The notes beneath the pieces were generated by a model, which worked only from the letters and a program-made list of their open reading frames with translations, was not told the DNA's origin and made no database searches. Of a stretch of DNA of 64,000 nt, positions 27,201 to 41,149 are shown piece after piece (the first letter of the stretch is position 1; each line of letters opens with the position of its first letter). Origin of the DNA: Octopus vulgaris (taxonomy: Eukaryota); contig OX597837.1 of the NCBI GenBank assembly GCA_951406725.2, forward strand, positions 13,578,001-13,642,000, read 5' to 3'. Position numbers and translations under genes: made by a program.

Positions 27201-27437
27201 TGTTCTACATACGACTATGTACTTATGTGTGTGACTATGTCAACGTTTCCAAGTATGTAGTTTCAAGGCTCAGCCAATTAATAAAACGAATCTATCAACA
27301 TCCTGAGCTCTGGTATGTTTACAATGTTGACATTTTATGAAGTTCAGAGCTGCTGTAATTTGCAGAAACCACTCGGCAATAAAAATTTCAAATCAGCTAA
27401 TCATAAAATGTCAGTGTTCTAAAGATGTAGGAATGAT

Positions 27438-27473
<36 letters not shown>

Positions 27474-27589
27474 CACACATGCATTTTATAAATACTTGAT
27501 ATATATATACATACAAGTATCTTATAAAGACTGCATGTATTATATCAGACATTATATATACATACATACAGATGTATATATAAGACGTC

Positions 27590-28660
27590 TGCTCTTGTTG
27601 GGAGACACTCCTATGGCAGCAAACTTCCTCTAATGTGGTTGACCTGCCATAGTTCTTTCTTCCTATTCAAAAGGCAGTTGTGCATTTGAAGCCATCTGGG
27701 AATGTCTGCCTAGTACCAGGGGTTTTCGAGCCAGCCTGTGTCCTTTCCTATTTCCTTTCTTCCGATATCCATGTCATTGCAGCCCTTATCTGCAGTGTGG
27801 CTGGCAGGAGCAAAATGTGGCCTGCCAGGTGAAACTGATGCAGGGCTACAATATCTTGTAGCCAGTGGGATTTGCCTTGCAGAAGGATTTACTTGTCTGT
27901 AGTTCTATCTTCTCAGCTGAGTTTGAAGGATCTTTTGTAGACATTGTTGGTGAAATGTTTCTAGCTTCTTGGCCACCATTTTCCATTTTTTGTTGCCATA
28001 CAAAGCCACTAGCACTACAGAGCCTGACTTTCATGCTAGTACTGATGCATGTTATTACTCAGATTTGGCAAATATGCAAGAATTCAATTCCTACTTTGCC
28101 AATTCTATTACTCACATCATTTGCTACGCTTCTAGAACTACCAACCAACCACACTGTCCTGGTCAGAAAAACTGGCCACATCTTCCAAAAACAGCATCAC
28201 CTTAGTCTTTACAAAGTTAAAGTCCGAGACCAATCTTTCTTGCTTATTCTTTGAGCTTTGATAGTTAGTTCTTGCAGGCCAGGTCTTGTTTCTGCTAAAA
28301 GTCCAAAGACCATATCACAAAGCCTTTTTATTTCCATCCACCCCCAAACATGCAGTAATTTCATTGTTTATCCGCTTTGCCACAATGTCAGCTGCAATTG
28401 GGAAGAGAGAAGGTAACAGAATGCATCCCCTTCACTAATACTGGTAACAACCCGAGTCATCAGAATCTTTCCTGATACCTCAATCCAAGTTTCCATACAG
28501 GTCCTTTGCAAAATGTTGAGAGACTGCAGTGGGCGACCATATGCATGGGCAATCTTCCGCAGCAATTTCCAGAAGACACTGACAAAATTCTGTTGGAAGC
28601 TCATGAAATTGATTGACAGAGTCTACCAGGATGCTATGCCATGTGTCTTGAGGTTTCTCA
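27590..28660 (-). mobile_element. decayed RTE-clade LINE fragment; 3' part duplicated at about 26158-26420
   Basis: ALYG…KLETFHQQCLQKIL and LAGHILLLP…AAMTWI motifs with frameshifts. Confidence 0.7.
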
Positions 28661-28665
28661 GGGTA

Positions 28666-28709
<44 letters not shown>

Positions 28710-30303
28710 CGTTAGGAAGGGCATCTAGCCATAGAAACCTTGTCAAATCAGATCGGAACCAGGTGCAGCCCCCAGCTTACCAGTTTTCAGTTAAACCGTC
28801 CAACCCATGCCAGCATAGAAAGCAGATGTTAAATGATGATGGTAATGATGTATATATATCAGTATTTATTATACACCTTTTTTTTATGTAATTTTTTACC
28901 CATCATATACATATACAAACATATGTATGTATTGTAAGTATGCATAAAATGCACATAATTTGTGTGTGTGTGTGTGTATATACATATGTGTATGTATATG
29001 TGTGTATGTATATATGTGTGTATGTATATATGGGTGTATGTATATATGTGTGTATGTATATATGTGTGTACTTCTATTGGCCTTCTTCTTTACCCATTCT
29101 ATCTTTAAATTTCGCTGTATTATGATTTTGAAAGCTTGAAATGTTTGCTACCAATCTTTCTACCCTGAAGACGGAGTCCGGATTTACCGTAATGTTTACA
29201 TGCATCCCATATTCGTTGCATAATCTTGACATTGTGTGAACTCCATCTTACATAATTCCGACCCCCCACCGACCCACCCACCCAACAGCAGTCGGATCTG
29301 CAACACCAGACCCTTTTCCCCCCTCAGCCGTCCAGGTCTTTGCACCCTGTAAACCTGCTCTGTTAATATATAAACATCTTCATATCTATTCATGAATATT
29401 CCCTTTCGCTGAATATCTTCAGCTTTTGTTTGTCTCCATTCGCATGTACATATGTATGTATATTTTATATATCAAGCCCAAGCTTGTTTATTTACAGCAT
29501 TATCTCTGCTTGTATGTGTGTGTGTATGTATTATATATATATATATAATATATTCTTAAATATACATATACTTAAGGGTTAGGGTTACGCTGAAAACGGG
29601 TGGTGTGTGTGTATTCTTTACCTCCGCCGTATGTGTGGCAGGAAGTGGTAAGCTTATCCGTTTTAGTCAACCGGTCTAACCCATGTCAGCATGGAAAACG
29701 GACACTAAGTGATGATGTTTATATGTGTGTGTGTGTGTATATATATATATATGTTTTTCTTTGTGTTAATTGTCCTGTACTCTATTTTTTTGCTGTTTTT
29801 AAATAAATGTCCAGGTCCTTTGGTTTGTGTCTATGTTTTCGTTTCTCATTGTGTTCGACGTCCTTTTTGGTGTCCTGTACTCATATATGCGTGTATATGT
29901 ACATGTAGAGGTAGGTACGTACATATATGTTTATATATATATGCATATGTTTTATTTTATTTATTAATATATATATATACATATATATATATATATGTAT
30001 TACATACTCGTGCCGGTGTCGCGTAAAAAGCACCCGGTACACTCTGTGAAGTGGTCGGTGATAAGAAAAGCCTCCAAACGTAGAAACCATGCCCCCCAAA
30101 ATACACATCTGGAACTGGGGGGGGGGTCAGCTCCTATGAAACCGCCCAACCCATGCCGGCTTAGAAAGCGGACGTTAAATGACGACGATGATGATACACG
30201 CATTTTCCATTTATAAAGACGCACACAGGACTTGATTTTTTTAATTTTTAAATCATTTATGTAGGAATAAAACAACAACCAACCGGAAAATGGATAAACG
30301 ACG

Positions 30304-30304
<1 letters not shown>

Positions 30305-30365
<61 letters not shown>

Positions 30366-30679
30366 CATATATATATATACATATATATATATACACATAC
30401 ATATATATATACATACATACATATATATATATACATACATATATATATATACATACATATATATATACATACATATATATATACATACATATATACATAT
30501 ACATACATATATATATACATACATATATACATATACATACATATATATATACATACATATATATATACATATATATATACATATGTATATACATACATAT
30601 ATATATACATATGTATATACATACATATATATATACATATGTATATACATACATATATATATACATATGTATATACATA

Positions 30680-30721
<42 letters not shown>

Positions 30722-30800
30722 CACACATGTATATACGTATCTGCATACTCAAATGCGTGTATATATCTAAATGTGTATATACATATATGTATATATTATA
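30305..30800. repeat. compound (TA)n/(TACA)n microsatellite
   Basis: direct reading. Confidence 0.97.
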
Positions 30801-31089
30801 ATAATAGTGAGAAAATGGTGAAAAAAATTCTTGCGTGCATTTGTACCGAAAGTCTGTTGTAGAATGAACGAATTTTAGAAAGAGAGAACGATTCTGGCAA
30901 ATGGTCGGATGTGTCTATCATCTCTTGGAATAAAAGGAATTAAGAGGGCGTTTGGACTAACAACAGCATTATAACAGTTTTGTGTATTTGTGTGTGTATG
31001 AGAATTCGAGATAAGAAAATGGTTGGGAGAAATATTTATCGGAGGAGAGAGAGTAAGACTGCGAGAGAGAGCTAAGATAGTCGGCAAAT

Positions 31090-31925
31090 TAGATAGAGAC
31101 AGATACAGGCATAGATAGATGTAGTTAGACATGGACATACATAGATATATATACATACATACACTCAGGAGATAGACAGAGAGATACATAAATACATACA
31201 TACATACACAGATATATAGATACACACACACATAAAGGTAGATAGATACACACGTACATACATGTAGTTAGACATGGACATATATAGATATATACATACT
31301 CAGAAGATAGACCGATAGATAGATAGATAGATAGATAGATAGAGGGAGACAGAGAGATACATACATACACACACACACAGATATAGACATATACACACAC
31401 ACAAAGGTGGATAGATACATACGTACATACACACCGAATATAGATACATACAGACATACATGTAGTTAGACATGGAGATACATAGATATATACATACACT
31501 CAGAAGGTAGATAGAGAGAGAGAGATACATAGATACATACAGATAGATATAGACAGATATATAGATACACACACACATAGACATAAATACACACAGAAGA
31601 TAGACATACATACAAACAGACAGAAGAGATAGATAGATAGAGAGAGAGAGATACATACACAAAGATAGATATAGACAGATATATAGATACACACACACAC
31701 AGACATAAAGGTAGATAGATAGACATAGATACGTACATACAGATGATAGATACATACGTACATACACACAGAAGATAGACAGACAGACAGATACATACAA
31801 ACACACAGAATAGAGATAGATAGATAGAGGGAAGGATAGATAGATAGGTAGGTAGATAGATAGATAGATAGATACATACAAACACACAGAAGAGATAGAT
31901 AGATAGATAGATAGATAGATAGGTA
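31090..31925. repeat. complex (AGAT)n/(AC)n low-complexity array with higher-order duplications
   Basis: direct reading; recurring tgtagttagacatgga and acacacagaagatag modules. Confidence 0.9.
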
Positions 31926-32306
31926 GGGTGAGTAGGTATAAATGGAAAACTACGTGTTATAGGTAAACAGAAAATAGACAAGATATAGAGGCAGGTAAGA
32001 CAGGTAGAGAAAAACTAAAAGCAAATAATAACCGGAGGCCAAAGTATATTATTGAAAAGCATTGAGGAGGGATTAGTGAAAAGTTGAGAGAGTTTCACAC
32101 AAAAGAGGAGATGATATAATGTGGAAGAGATTTACACTGAAAGGGTTCATGCTGGGTATTAGGACATTGTATTGGGTTTATTAATTTAATATTATGAGAA
32201 TGTAATATAAAAGAAAGGAACCGAAGGTGAGGAAAATGTGTTTTGGAGTGGGTGGAAGTGATAGAGACGAACAAGAAGTGAGAGGAAAAAAAAAGCTATT
32301 CTTTAC

Positions 32307-32324
32307 CTTGTACGACGTAGTCAT
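32307..32324 (-). CDS. MYCBP: MYCBP coding exon 1 (MTTSYK)
   Basis: aaaATG ACT ACG TCG TAC AAG|gtaaag, phase 0; matches the human MAHYK N-terminus; preceded by a CpG-rich 5' region. Confidence 0.85.
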
Positions 32325-32620
32325 TTTCGGGTGAGTCGGGTAGAAAAAGAAGCTTTAAGCCAGTGTAGGGTGTGGAATTGGAAAATAGGGACAGACAGAT
32401 GGATAGACAAAGAGTTAGGGACGAGCAAATTGTAAGCGAGGAGTCGGAGACGATGCGCCGCTGGTCGTCGTCGCCGTCCGTTGTTGCTAAGGACAAAGTG
32501 AGCAGGAACAGACGTGACTAACGCACATATAAACTACACAATACATGTTATCGATTAGTCAGGCCTTACGCCGAGACGTGGGAGGCGCGCCACTTTTGTA
32601 TTTCACTATCTTGCCTTTTC
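32325..32620 (-). promoter_or_regulatory. CpG-rich 5' UTR/promoter of MYCBP
   Basis: local CpG and GC enrichment (cgtcgtcgccgtccg, ggcgcgcc) directly upstream of the ATG exon in an otherwise AT-rich background. Confidence 0.55.
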
Positions 32621-35600
32621 GGGAGGCGGCGAACCGGCACGATCGTTGACACGCCGGACGAAATACTTACAGACGTTTCGTCCGGCGTTCTGTGTTCAAA
32701 TTCCGTTGAGGTTGACTGTTTTTTTTATCTTTCGGAGGCCGATAAAAGTGAGTATCAGTGGAGCCCTGGAGTCGATGTAATCGACTTAACACCTTCCTTC
32801 CTTGTGTCTGTAGCAGAAAGAATTATTTTCCCTGGACCTTAGAACTTATAATTCCATTCTTGGATACATGAACGAAATATATAAATCACCTCCAGTACTT
32901 AACGAGTACTTTATTGCATAAGGATTGAAAAGTAATGTTAACTTATGGGCGATTTGAAACTTGGAAAACAAAAGTCCATAACTAAATATTGTTAGTTCTT
33001 TCTTTCTTGTCTGACGGTTCTATCTCATAGTTCGGAAATAACTGATCTGTAGTTATTAACTAAAAGTTAATATATGCTACCTCCTCTATCTAACCCTATT
33101 TGTCTCTTCTCATCTCTTCACTCCGCCTCCTTCTATGCCGTTTCTCTTCCCTAAGTATTAAGCACAATGTCTAATCTTGTTTAGAATGCTAACTCTACAA
33201 TTCTCCTCCTATCCACAGTGGGTTTTGAAGCCATCAACTTGCAAATGTTCAAACTGAAAATCCACCACCATCATCGTCATTTAACGCCCGTTTTCTTTGC
33301 TGGTGGAGGTTGAACGTTTTGAGAGAGCCGCCCAGGCTCCAGTCGTCTGTTTTGGCAGGGCTTCTACGGCAGGATGCCCTTCTTAACGCCCCACCCACTT
33401 TATAGTGCGTTGGGTGCTTTTCACGTGGTGCTCTTTTACATGGCACAGGATGTGGTGCCAAATGTTTATAAATATCTAAAGCATAAATGTTGATTATATT
33501 AGTTAATGTTATATAAATGGCCGTCCTAACTCTGGAGTGGAACTTTTTATGATTGTTTCTAATATAGGTACAAAGCCAACAATTTTTGAGAAGAGAGGGG
33601 TCAGTTGACTGCAATGCCCCCCAGTATTTGATTGGTACTTTATTTTATCAACAATGAAAGGACGAAAGATGAATTGGTCCTGGCATGCATAAAGCCAGCA
33701 GTTTTGAGAAGAGGCAGTGGGTCAATTTCAGTGCCCCACCCCCATTTGACTGAAACTCTCCCTCACCACCAGATATTAATGAAATTGTCTCTTGTCCCTC
33801 TTTATTAATGAGAGGCAAAATAGAGTTTGTATCAAAATAATTTTCCTTTCTTTAAATTTGAACTCAGAACATAGCGGCAGACGAAATACTGCTAAGCATT
33901 TCGCCTGACATGCTAACGTTTCTGCCAGCTCACCGCCTTTAACCTAAATCATAAAAGAGATGGAACTACAGCTAGGTTTCCAACCCAATTTGACTGTTCC
34001 TAGGATTTCAGTTCCTTCTTTTTTTAACAATAAAAGTAATAGATCATCCCAAGTAAAACTTTCTTTTCTACCCAAAGCAAAGAGGGACTTTATGACCAAG
34101 GGTTCATCTTTAAATTTCAACTATAAAATGGTTGAGGATCTTATATAACCATGTCCAGTTCAACATCATTTACAGACAGGGCCTGGCATTGTGATAAATG
34201 TTATTGGTATATAGAGACATGCCGGGTAAAATGCTTAGCGGCATTTCGTCTGCCGTTACGTTGTGAGTTCAAATTCCACTGAGGTCGACTTTGCCTTTCA
34301 TCCTTTCGGGGTTGATAAATTAAGTACCAGTTACGCACTGGGGTTGATGTAATCGACTTAATCCCTTTGTCTGTCCTCTCTGTGTTTAGCCCCTTGTGGG
34401 TAGTAAAGAAATAGGTTTAGGTTAAATCTGTCTTCCACTGACAAATATGGTTTTAACTTAGTGCCCAAAATGTATGGTCCTGAGCTAATCTGAGAAATCA
34501 CCATTATTAGGATGGTAAAAGGTAGTGTGCTGGCAGAATCATTAGCAAACTGGACAAAATGCTCAACAGCATTTCACCTGGCTTTATATTCTGCCACAGG
34601 TGAGTTTGCCTTTCATCTTTTTTTTTTTTGATCAATAAAGTAAATACTGGTCGAGCACTGGGGGTGGGGGTCAATGCAATTAACTAGCCCCCACCCTCTC
34701 CCAAAATTTCAGACCTTGAACCTATAGCAGAAAGGATCATTAAGATGGTGAAGTGGAAGAAACAGCATCTAATTTTGTTCCCCATTCTGGATTCAAATCC
34801 TGCCAGTGCCAACTTTTATTTTTCAACTTTTTCAAGAAATGACAGAATCAACAGTGAGCCAATTCTATATGTTCTGCCACTATTTTTCTGCATTTCTTCT
34901 CAATTTGAATTAAAACTCTACTCAGACTGAACTTCCCTTTCGTCCTTTTTAGGATCAATAAATTGTCAGTAAAAACACTGGGGTAACCTTATTTCCCAAT
35001 ATCTTCACCAAAAAAATGTCGTCTTGAATCAATAAATAAATTACTATTACTTTTAGGGAGGAATTAAACAATGCCTTGTGGTTTTCCTCAGAAGCTTTTG
35101 TCTTTTGATATCCTTAACAGGAAACGATTTTGTGTTTAACTAACAACAATTAAAATACACATTGTTCAAAGCACAGTCAAATGATCAAAGACAATGGAAA
35201 ACAAACATATTCCTCATACATTCAAATTCTCTTTATTTCTCATCCATTTCTTTGGACATTGTCAAATCTGAGGGTTTTTATTTTTTTAACATTAAATTGT
35301 ATTTTATTTGTCAAAGATTTACAATATTTACACAAGCTCTCAGCTCACATAGTTTTGTTAGTCAAATGTTCGGCTGAATGCTGGATGGTATGAAACAATA
35401 AAGATTAAAAACAAAATAAACACACAAATCAATATTTTCATTCTTTGAAGATATTTGTGAAAGAGAAAGATTTCTCACACGAAGCTTTTCAACTGGAAAA
35501 AGGGACATGACAGGAATTTTCCATATAAGGATAGTTTCAATCAATACTTTTTAATACCCACCCCACCAAAACACCTTGGGTGAGTATCACAGTAAGATGC

Positions 35601-36289
35601 CTTGCAATGTCCTCTGCTCACATGAGATATAGAAAAACCCGGATGACCACCCGAGAAAACAAACATGATGGGGTTTTAGTGGTTGTGCTTCCTGATTGTC
35701 CATGCAGTAGGGACAGCCTGAATGTGGTTCCATAACGGAAGTCACCATAAAATCATAAATGAAGTTCTCAGCTGTGGATTTGAGCAACATTGTTATAAGA
35801 TCTGTCTATAAACCTTCTTCAGAAAACTCATTTCCCTGATTTTGTTCTTCAATTAAAAAAAAAAACAAAACAAAAAAAATTATAATTGATTCCAACAGCC
35901 GGCACGTAAAAAAGCACCAACTGATTGTGGTTGCTGCCAGCCTCCCCTGGCACCTGTGCCGGTGACACGTAAAAAGCACCCACTACACTCATGGAGCGGT
36001 TGGCGGTAGGAAGGGCATCTATCTGTAGAAACACTACCAGATCAGACTGGTGTCTGGTGCAGCCTCCTGGCTTCCCAGACCCTGGTCGAACCGTCCAACC
36101 CATGCTAGCATGGAAAGCAGATGTTAAACGACGATGATATTATCCAGTGGTGTTATAAGAAGATTAATAAGGATAGTGCCAACATCCCTACATAAAGAAG
36201 CAAACTTAGAGAAGTTTGGAAGAAGCATCGATGACAATTCAATCCAAACAAGACTAGAGAGAGGAAGATCTTCCTTCAAGGAAACTCAT

Positions 36290-36510
36290 GACACAGTCAA
36301 CACCCTAAGGAAACCAAATCCCTGCATTCCAGGTCAGGCTCTGACCCAGAATCTACAAGGGGTGGAGAAGAAAGGATGCCCTAAAAATAGCTGGAGGCAG
36401 AATACTGGAACCGAGGTGAAGAAGCAGAAAAGATGGTCCAGGGTCAAGAACAGTGAGAAAAAGGCATTGATGGCCTCTGGCCCCACAGGGAGTGAAGGGC
36501 TTAAGTAAGA
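36290..36510 (+). mobile_element. RTE-clade LINE 3' end
   Basis: NTLRKP…QALTQNLQG…KGCPKNSWR…GSEGLK* matches the RTE C-terminus. Confidence 0.65.
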
Positions 36511-37045
36511 GAAAGGTAGGATGACTCCCCATTACTGGTCAGTAGACTTGATTCCAAGAACAGACATTCCAGTTGGATTCGGGGCTGAGAGGAAATTGAT
36601 GTTGTAGGAGTCTGCAGGTTTGTTTTCTGGACCAGATGACTGGGTTTCATTGCAGAGCAGACCCTATGAGGGAGTTCGGGTGTCTAGGTGTTTGCATATT
36701 CTTCAGTATAGTTTCTTTTGTTTCCTTCATGTTCGTTTTTCCATGCTAGCATGGGTTAGCTGAATACACACCATCATCAGGACACTGGTTTTGCAGCCAT
36801 ACATCCTTCCTGTTCTGAACCCTTAAATGTTTTTCAAGCAAGGGATTTTTTGACAGGGAATGTCAACAAAGGACACCGTTTTTAGCTCAGTTCTTTCATG
36901 CGTAGCACAGACTGCAAGCATTCAGCTTAAATACACACACATATACAACAGGCTTCCTTATAGCATCCCTCTACCAAATCCACTCACAATGCATTAATTA
37001 GCCCAAGGTTACAAATCTACACAGGAACATTATATATATATACAT

Positions 37046-37383
37046 GTGAAGGTGTATGGTTCAGTGGTTAGAGCGTCAAGCTTACGATCATGAGGTTGTG
37101 AGTTCGAATCCCGTTCTGGGCTGCGTGTTGTGTTCTTGAGCAAGACACTTTATTTCACGTTGCTCTAATTCACTCAGCTGTAGAAATGAGTTGTGACATC
37201 ACTGGTGCCAAGCTGTATCGGCCCCTTTGCCTTTCCCTTGGATAACACTGGTGGCGTGGAGAGGGGAGGCTGGTATGCATGGGCGACTGAAGGTTCTTCC
37301 ACAAACAACCTTGCCCAGACTTGTGCCTGGGAGGGTAACTTTCTAGGTGCAATCCCATGGTCAGTCATGACCGAAGGGGTCTT
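37046..37383 (+). mobile_element. tRNA-derived SINE family D (V-SINE-like core); related copy near 9390-9600
   Basis: A box tggttcagtggttag, B box gttcgaatccc, core gtgttgtgttcttgagcaagacac. Confidence 0.75.
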
Positions 37384-37539
37384 AGCAATATATGTATGTA
37401 AGTAAGTATATATATTCTGTTTAAAGAACCTCTCCCTGGCCACTTAGAATAAAGAACTCAAAGAGAAGCCTGTAAGTGAATAAACATTTAGTCTGTCATC
37501 ATTAGTTCAATAAAACATACAGAGTAATTTAAATTGAAA

Positions 37540-37965
37540 GGTCCACCTCACGGGGTACACCTACCTCGATATGCTGTCCATTTGGTTGTTGCCCCAGTTT
37601 GAAGAGGTACCTGACTTCATTATGCAGCAGGTCAGGGCCCTGTTACACTGGCAGGGACACGTATGCAATTATCTCAATCAACATCTTCCAGAACACTAGA
37701 TTGGCCATGATGAGGAGACTGATTTGCCATTGATGGTCTCCCTACCAACAAAAGGTCCCTTGCAACTTTTTCCCTTTGAGGGTATCTAAACGACAAAGTG
37801 TTCATAACCACCACTTTCACAGGAATTGCAGCAGTTAAAGCAGCAGACAGGTGAGATGGCCGACTCAACTGATCAGGCCATGCTGGTACAGGTGTGACAA
37901 GAACTAAACCATCTTGCAGACGTCTGCTGTGTGACAAAGGCTGCCCACACTGAACAGTTTTGACT
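37540..37965 (+). pseudogene. decayed Tc1/mariner (rosa/DD41D-like) transposase C-terminal half
   Basis: YLDMLSIWLLPQF…FIMQQ…YLNQHLP…GYLNDKVF…DVCCVTKAAHTEQF with stops and frameshifts. Confidence 0.7.
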
Positions 37966-40932
37966 GTGAATAGAAACTTGAAGAGTCAATCTTTCGTGTA
38001 ATCTCTGTATTTTTGCAATATCTTCATTACAACACTCGCATGAAGGTTTCCATCTTGAATTGCCCAGTATTTTGTCAGATTAACAATTATGGACTAAATG
38101 TTTATGCAGATCCCTCTGCAGAGACCTGCTCTGCACCCTACCTGTTTCTTTATTACCCACAAGGGGCTAAACATAGAGGGGACAAACAAGGACAGACATA
38201 GGCATTAAGTCGATTACATCGACACCAGTGCGTAATTGGTACTTAATTTATCGACCCCGAAAGGATGAAAGGCAAAGTCGACCTCGGCGGAATTTGAACT
38301 CAGAACGCAGTGGCAGACGAAATACCGCTTGGCATTTCGCCCGGCGTGCTAACGTTTCTGCCAGCTCGCCGCCCTACACCCTACCACCCGCATAGTAATT
38401 CCCAAGCACGAAGCTGACCTCACCCCACCACCCACGCCAGGGCTTGTGGTCCTGCTACAAACCTTATGGCAGTTTCAATAGTGCAGGGGGCACAAGAAAA
38501 AAAAAAAAGCACCCAGCCCATGCTGTAAAGTGATTAGCATTAGATAGAGTATCCAGCCCCCCTCACACCCCCAAAAATACCATGCCAAAGCAAGCATTGG
38601 GGCCCGGACAAATCAGTTCCTGTCGAACTATCCAACCCATGCCAGTATGGCACACGGATGCCAAACGATGATGATGACTTATAAAATACATAATTGCAAA
38701 GCCATGGACTGATGCTTATAAACTTATAGATTTTGAACTGGTTTTTTGGCTTTTGTGGATATCCTACACATTTCTTAGAGGTTTCAATACAGAGAATATC
38801 ATGTCGAATGAATGGTGACACGTTTGCAACTGTTCGATCGTTGAAAACCATTGGATGAAGTGTATACAGTGAGAGCATTTCATGCTTTCTTCTAAGTAAA
38901 CGATGTCCTTGGCTGCCTTGTACAGCTTCCTCTTCAAGCAACGAAAAATTGACGATACCTGTATCTGAATATATTTCACAGCTTTAAGTAAGAAAGAAAC
39001 TGCTAATTGCTGGCTCGTTTGAAGTTAAGAGGCAGAGAACTCAAGAGAAGTACTGAAAAATGACAGCAGAACATTTTGCTAATTAGTAGAGTACAGTTAA
39101 TTAATGAAGCCACGGTAGAGAAATTTTTAAAAAAGAGCATAAAAGGAAATATAATTATTATCACTAAAACGTTTGTTAGGTAAATAGTAAAACTAAATTA
39201 CTTATAACTAATAAAACACATTAAAACAGAAACGAGTAAAAGTAGACATATTCTAATTAAGAACATTTAAATAATGACATTAAAACATTAAAAACAAAGA
39301 TGTTAAATTAAGGTAAAACAGCTAAAAAACAAAAAACCACAAAGATTAAACAGACGAGAGAAATTAACTCAGATCACGTTTTAATTATTTGACAAAAAAA
39401 TTAAATAATGACAGTTGATAATTTATTAGAATGTACAATACGAAACTTTATTAACTAAACAAATTAATAACACTTTCACTAGGTGAATAATTTAATTAGA
39501 AGCAATACTGTAATGAAGTCAATGATGGGACATAAACGAGAAGAAAAGAATTATATATAAAACACCATGACCGATAACGTAGATAATAGCAAGAGCCATT
39601 AACAAAAAGACACAGAACTAAAAACAGAAACTAAAGGACAAAGATTAAAGACCTGGGAGAAATTCACTCAGATCAGGTTTAATTATTTGACAAAAAATTA
39701 AATAAAGACAGGTAATAAATATATTAGAATGCACAACATAGAACTTTATTAACTTAGATAATAACACTTTTATAAGAAGCAATACTATAAAGTCAAAATA
39801 CGGGAAGCGAAAAACAAGAAAAGAATATGAAACACAACTGTAACATGTAGGAAATTCTGACAATTCTAAAGAGAATATATAAGGAAAGCAGAAACACCAC
39901 AGCTAACGAGAAAAACAAAACAATGAAGAGTAAGACTAATAATGTCTAATTTTGGTACAAGACCAATAATTTTGAGGGGAAATATTTGGTAATTACATTA
40001 CCAGCCCTACCTTAGTATTTGATTGGTTTTATATTTTGTCAATCGTGAAAGGATGGAAACAAATAAAAAAAAGTTCTATTTTGTGTGTTACGTAAACAGA
40101 AGTTTTCTGAGAGACAACCGGCCTCTTAACCATCAATTAAGCAATCATTAACTCATGATTGCTTTGGAAAGAACTATAACCAGATAACCATCAGAAAAGC
40201 TTTTAGCAAGAAGAGGAAGTGAAGACAGGGTGTTGTTTTAATTTTATAATTTAATTTTTACACAAATGCATTGACTCACAAGACTCGGCCCACATCATTG
40301 AAGCATCACCAGCCACTTAAAAGGACAAGAGTAGAGTCATATAGTATAGTTATGTAGTATATTCCACATCAAATTTTAAAGGTGAGCTAATGATAAATAG
40401 ATTAGCTGTTTAGGAGAGATCCCCTTATATCAAGACAACATGAAAAAGGGAAGAGTCAGTCCTGAAGGCTATGCTTCAACATAAAGACTTACAGTGCCGG
40501 GGGAATAAAAAAACCTCTAAAAGGGGACATTCTAATGTAGTCTTACAGACAAGAACTCACTGAAGAACATGTATTTAAAATATTGCATAACTTGCATTTT
40601 GGATTTTCTGCATCACTTAAAAATGTTGTTACCCAATATCTAGGTTTTAAATATTGTTCGGTAGCTGTTTATTAAGGTTGCACGGGACAAAAAGAAATTA
40701 TATTTTGCGATTTCCTCAATGAATTTGAAGAACCATGCTTGCCAAGAAGTTAATAAATATATATATATAAATTGTATATTTTAAAGAAATAAATTTGAAT
40801 AAAGTCTCTGGTGAATATTTCAAATTAAAGAAATTTTTGCTGCTCCAAAAATTACAGTTAAGCCGAAAGATAACCAAGCAGAAGATAAATCTAAAACCTC
40901 TTTTAAAAGGAGAAAATATTTGGGATTTGTTT

Positions 40933-41037
40933 CTATGGATTCTGTAATAGATTCAAACGATCTTTAATCTGGCACATCAAGTGATAATTTGTGTTGACTT
41001 GGGCCAAGTTGGTCTCAATATAATCAACGATTTCAGG
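40933..41037 (-). CDS. HAUS2: HAUS2 last coding exon (PEIVDYIETNLAQVNTNYHLMCQIKDRLNLLQNP*)
   Basis: tttctcttttcag acceptor, phase 0, TAG stop; total CDS 642 nt = 213 aa (augmin subunit). Confidence 0.75.
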   Translation of the reverse strand, partial: PEIVDYIETNLAQVNTNYHLMCQIKDRLNLLQNP

Positions 41038-41149
41038 CTGAAAAGAGAAAGAACGAACGTGTTAGTCTTGGTGACCACCACCAACTAAGGATTAACGGCA
41101 TAAACAAAAATAATCAATGTTATAATTTACATATGGTTTATGTAAGTGC

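Noticed and set aside
29575-29587. Telomeric repeat
   Set aside because: Only about two TTAGGG units, interstitial and repeat-associated
32296-32496. 66-aa ORF MSLATTDG…
   Set aside because: Out-of-frame reading of the MYCBP 5' UTR; the real CDS is the MTTSYK frame
37046-37125. tRNA gene
   Set aside because: Has A and B boxes but continues into a SINE body with no clean acceptor stem, so it is a tRNA-derived SINE head
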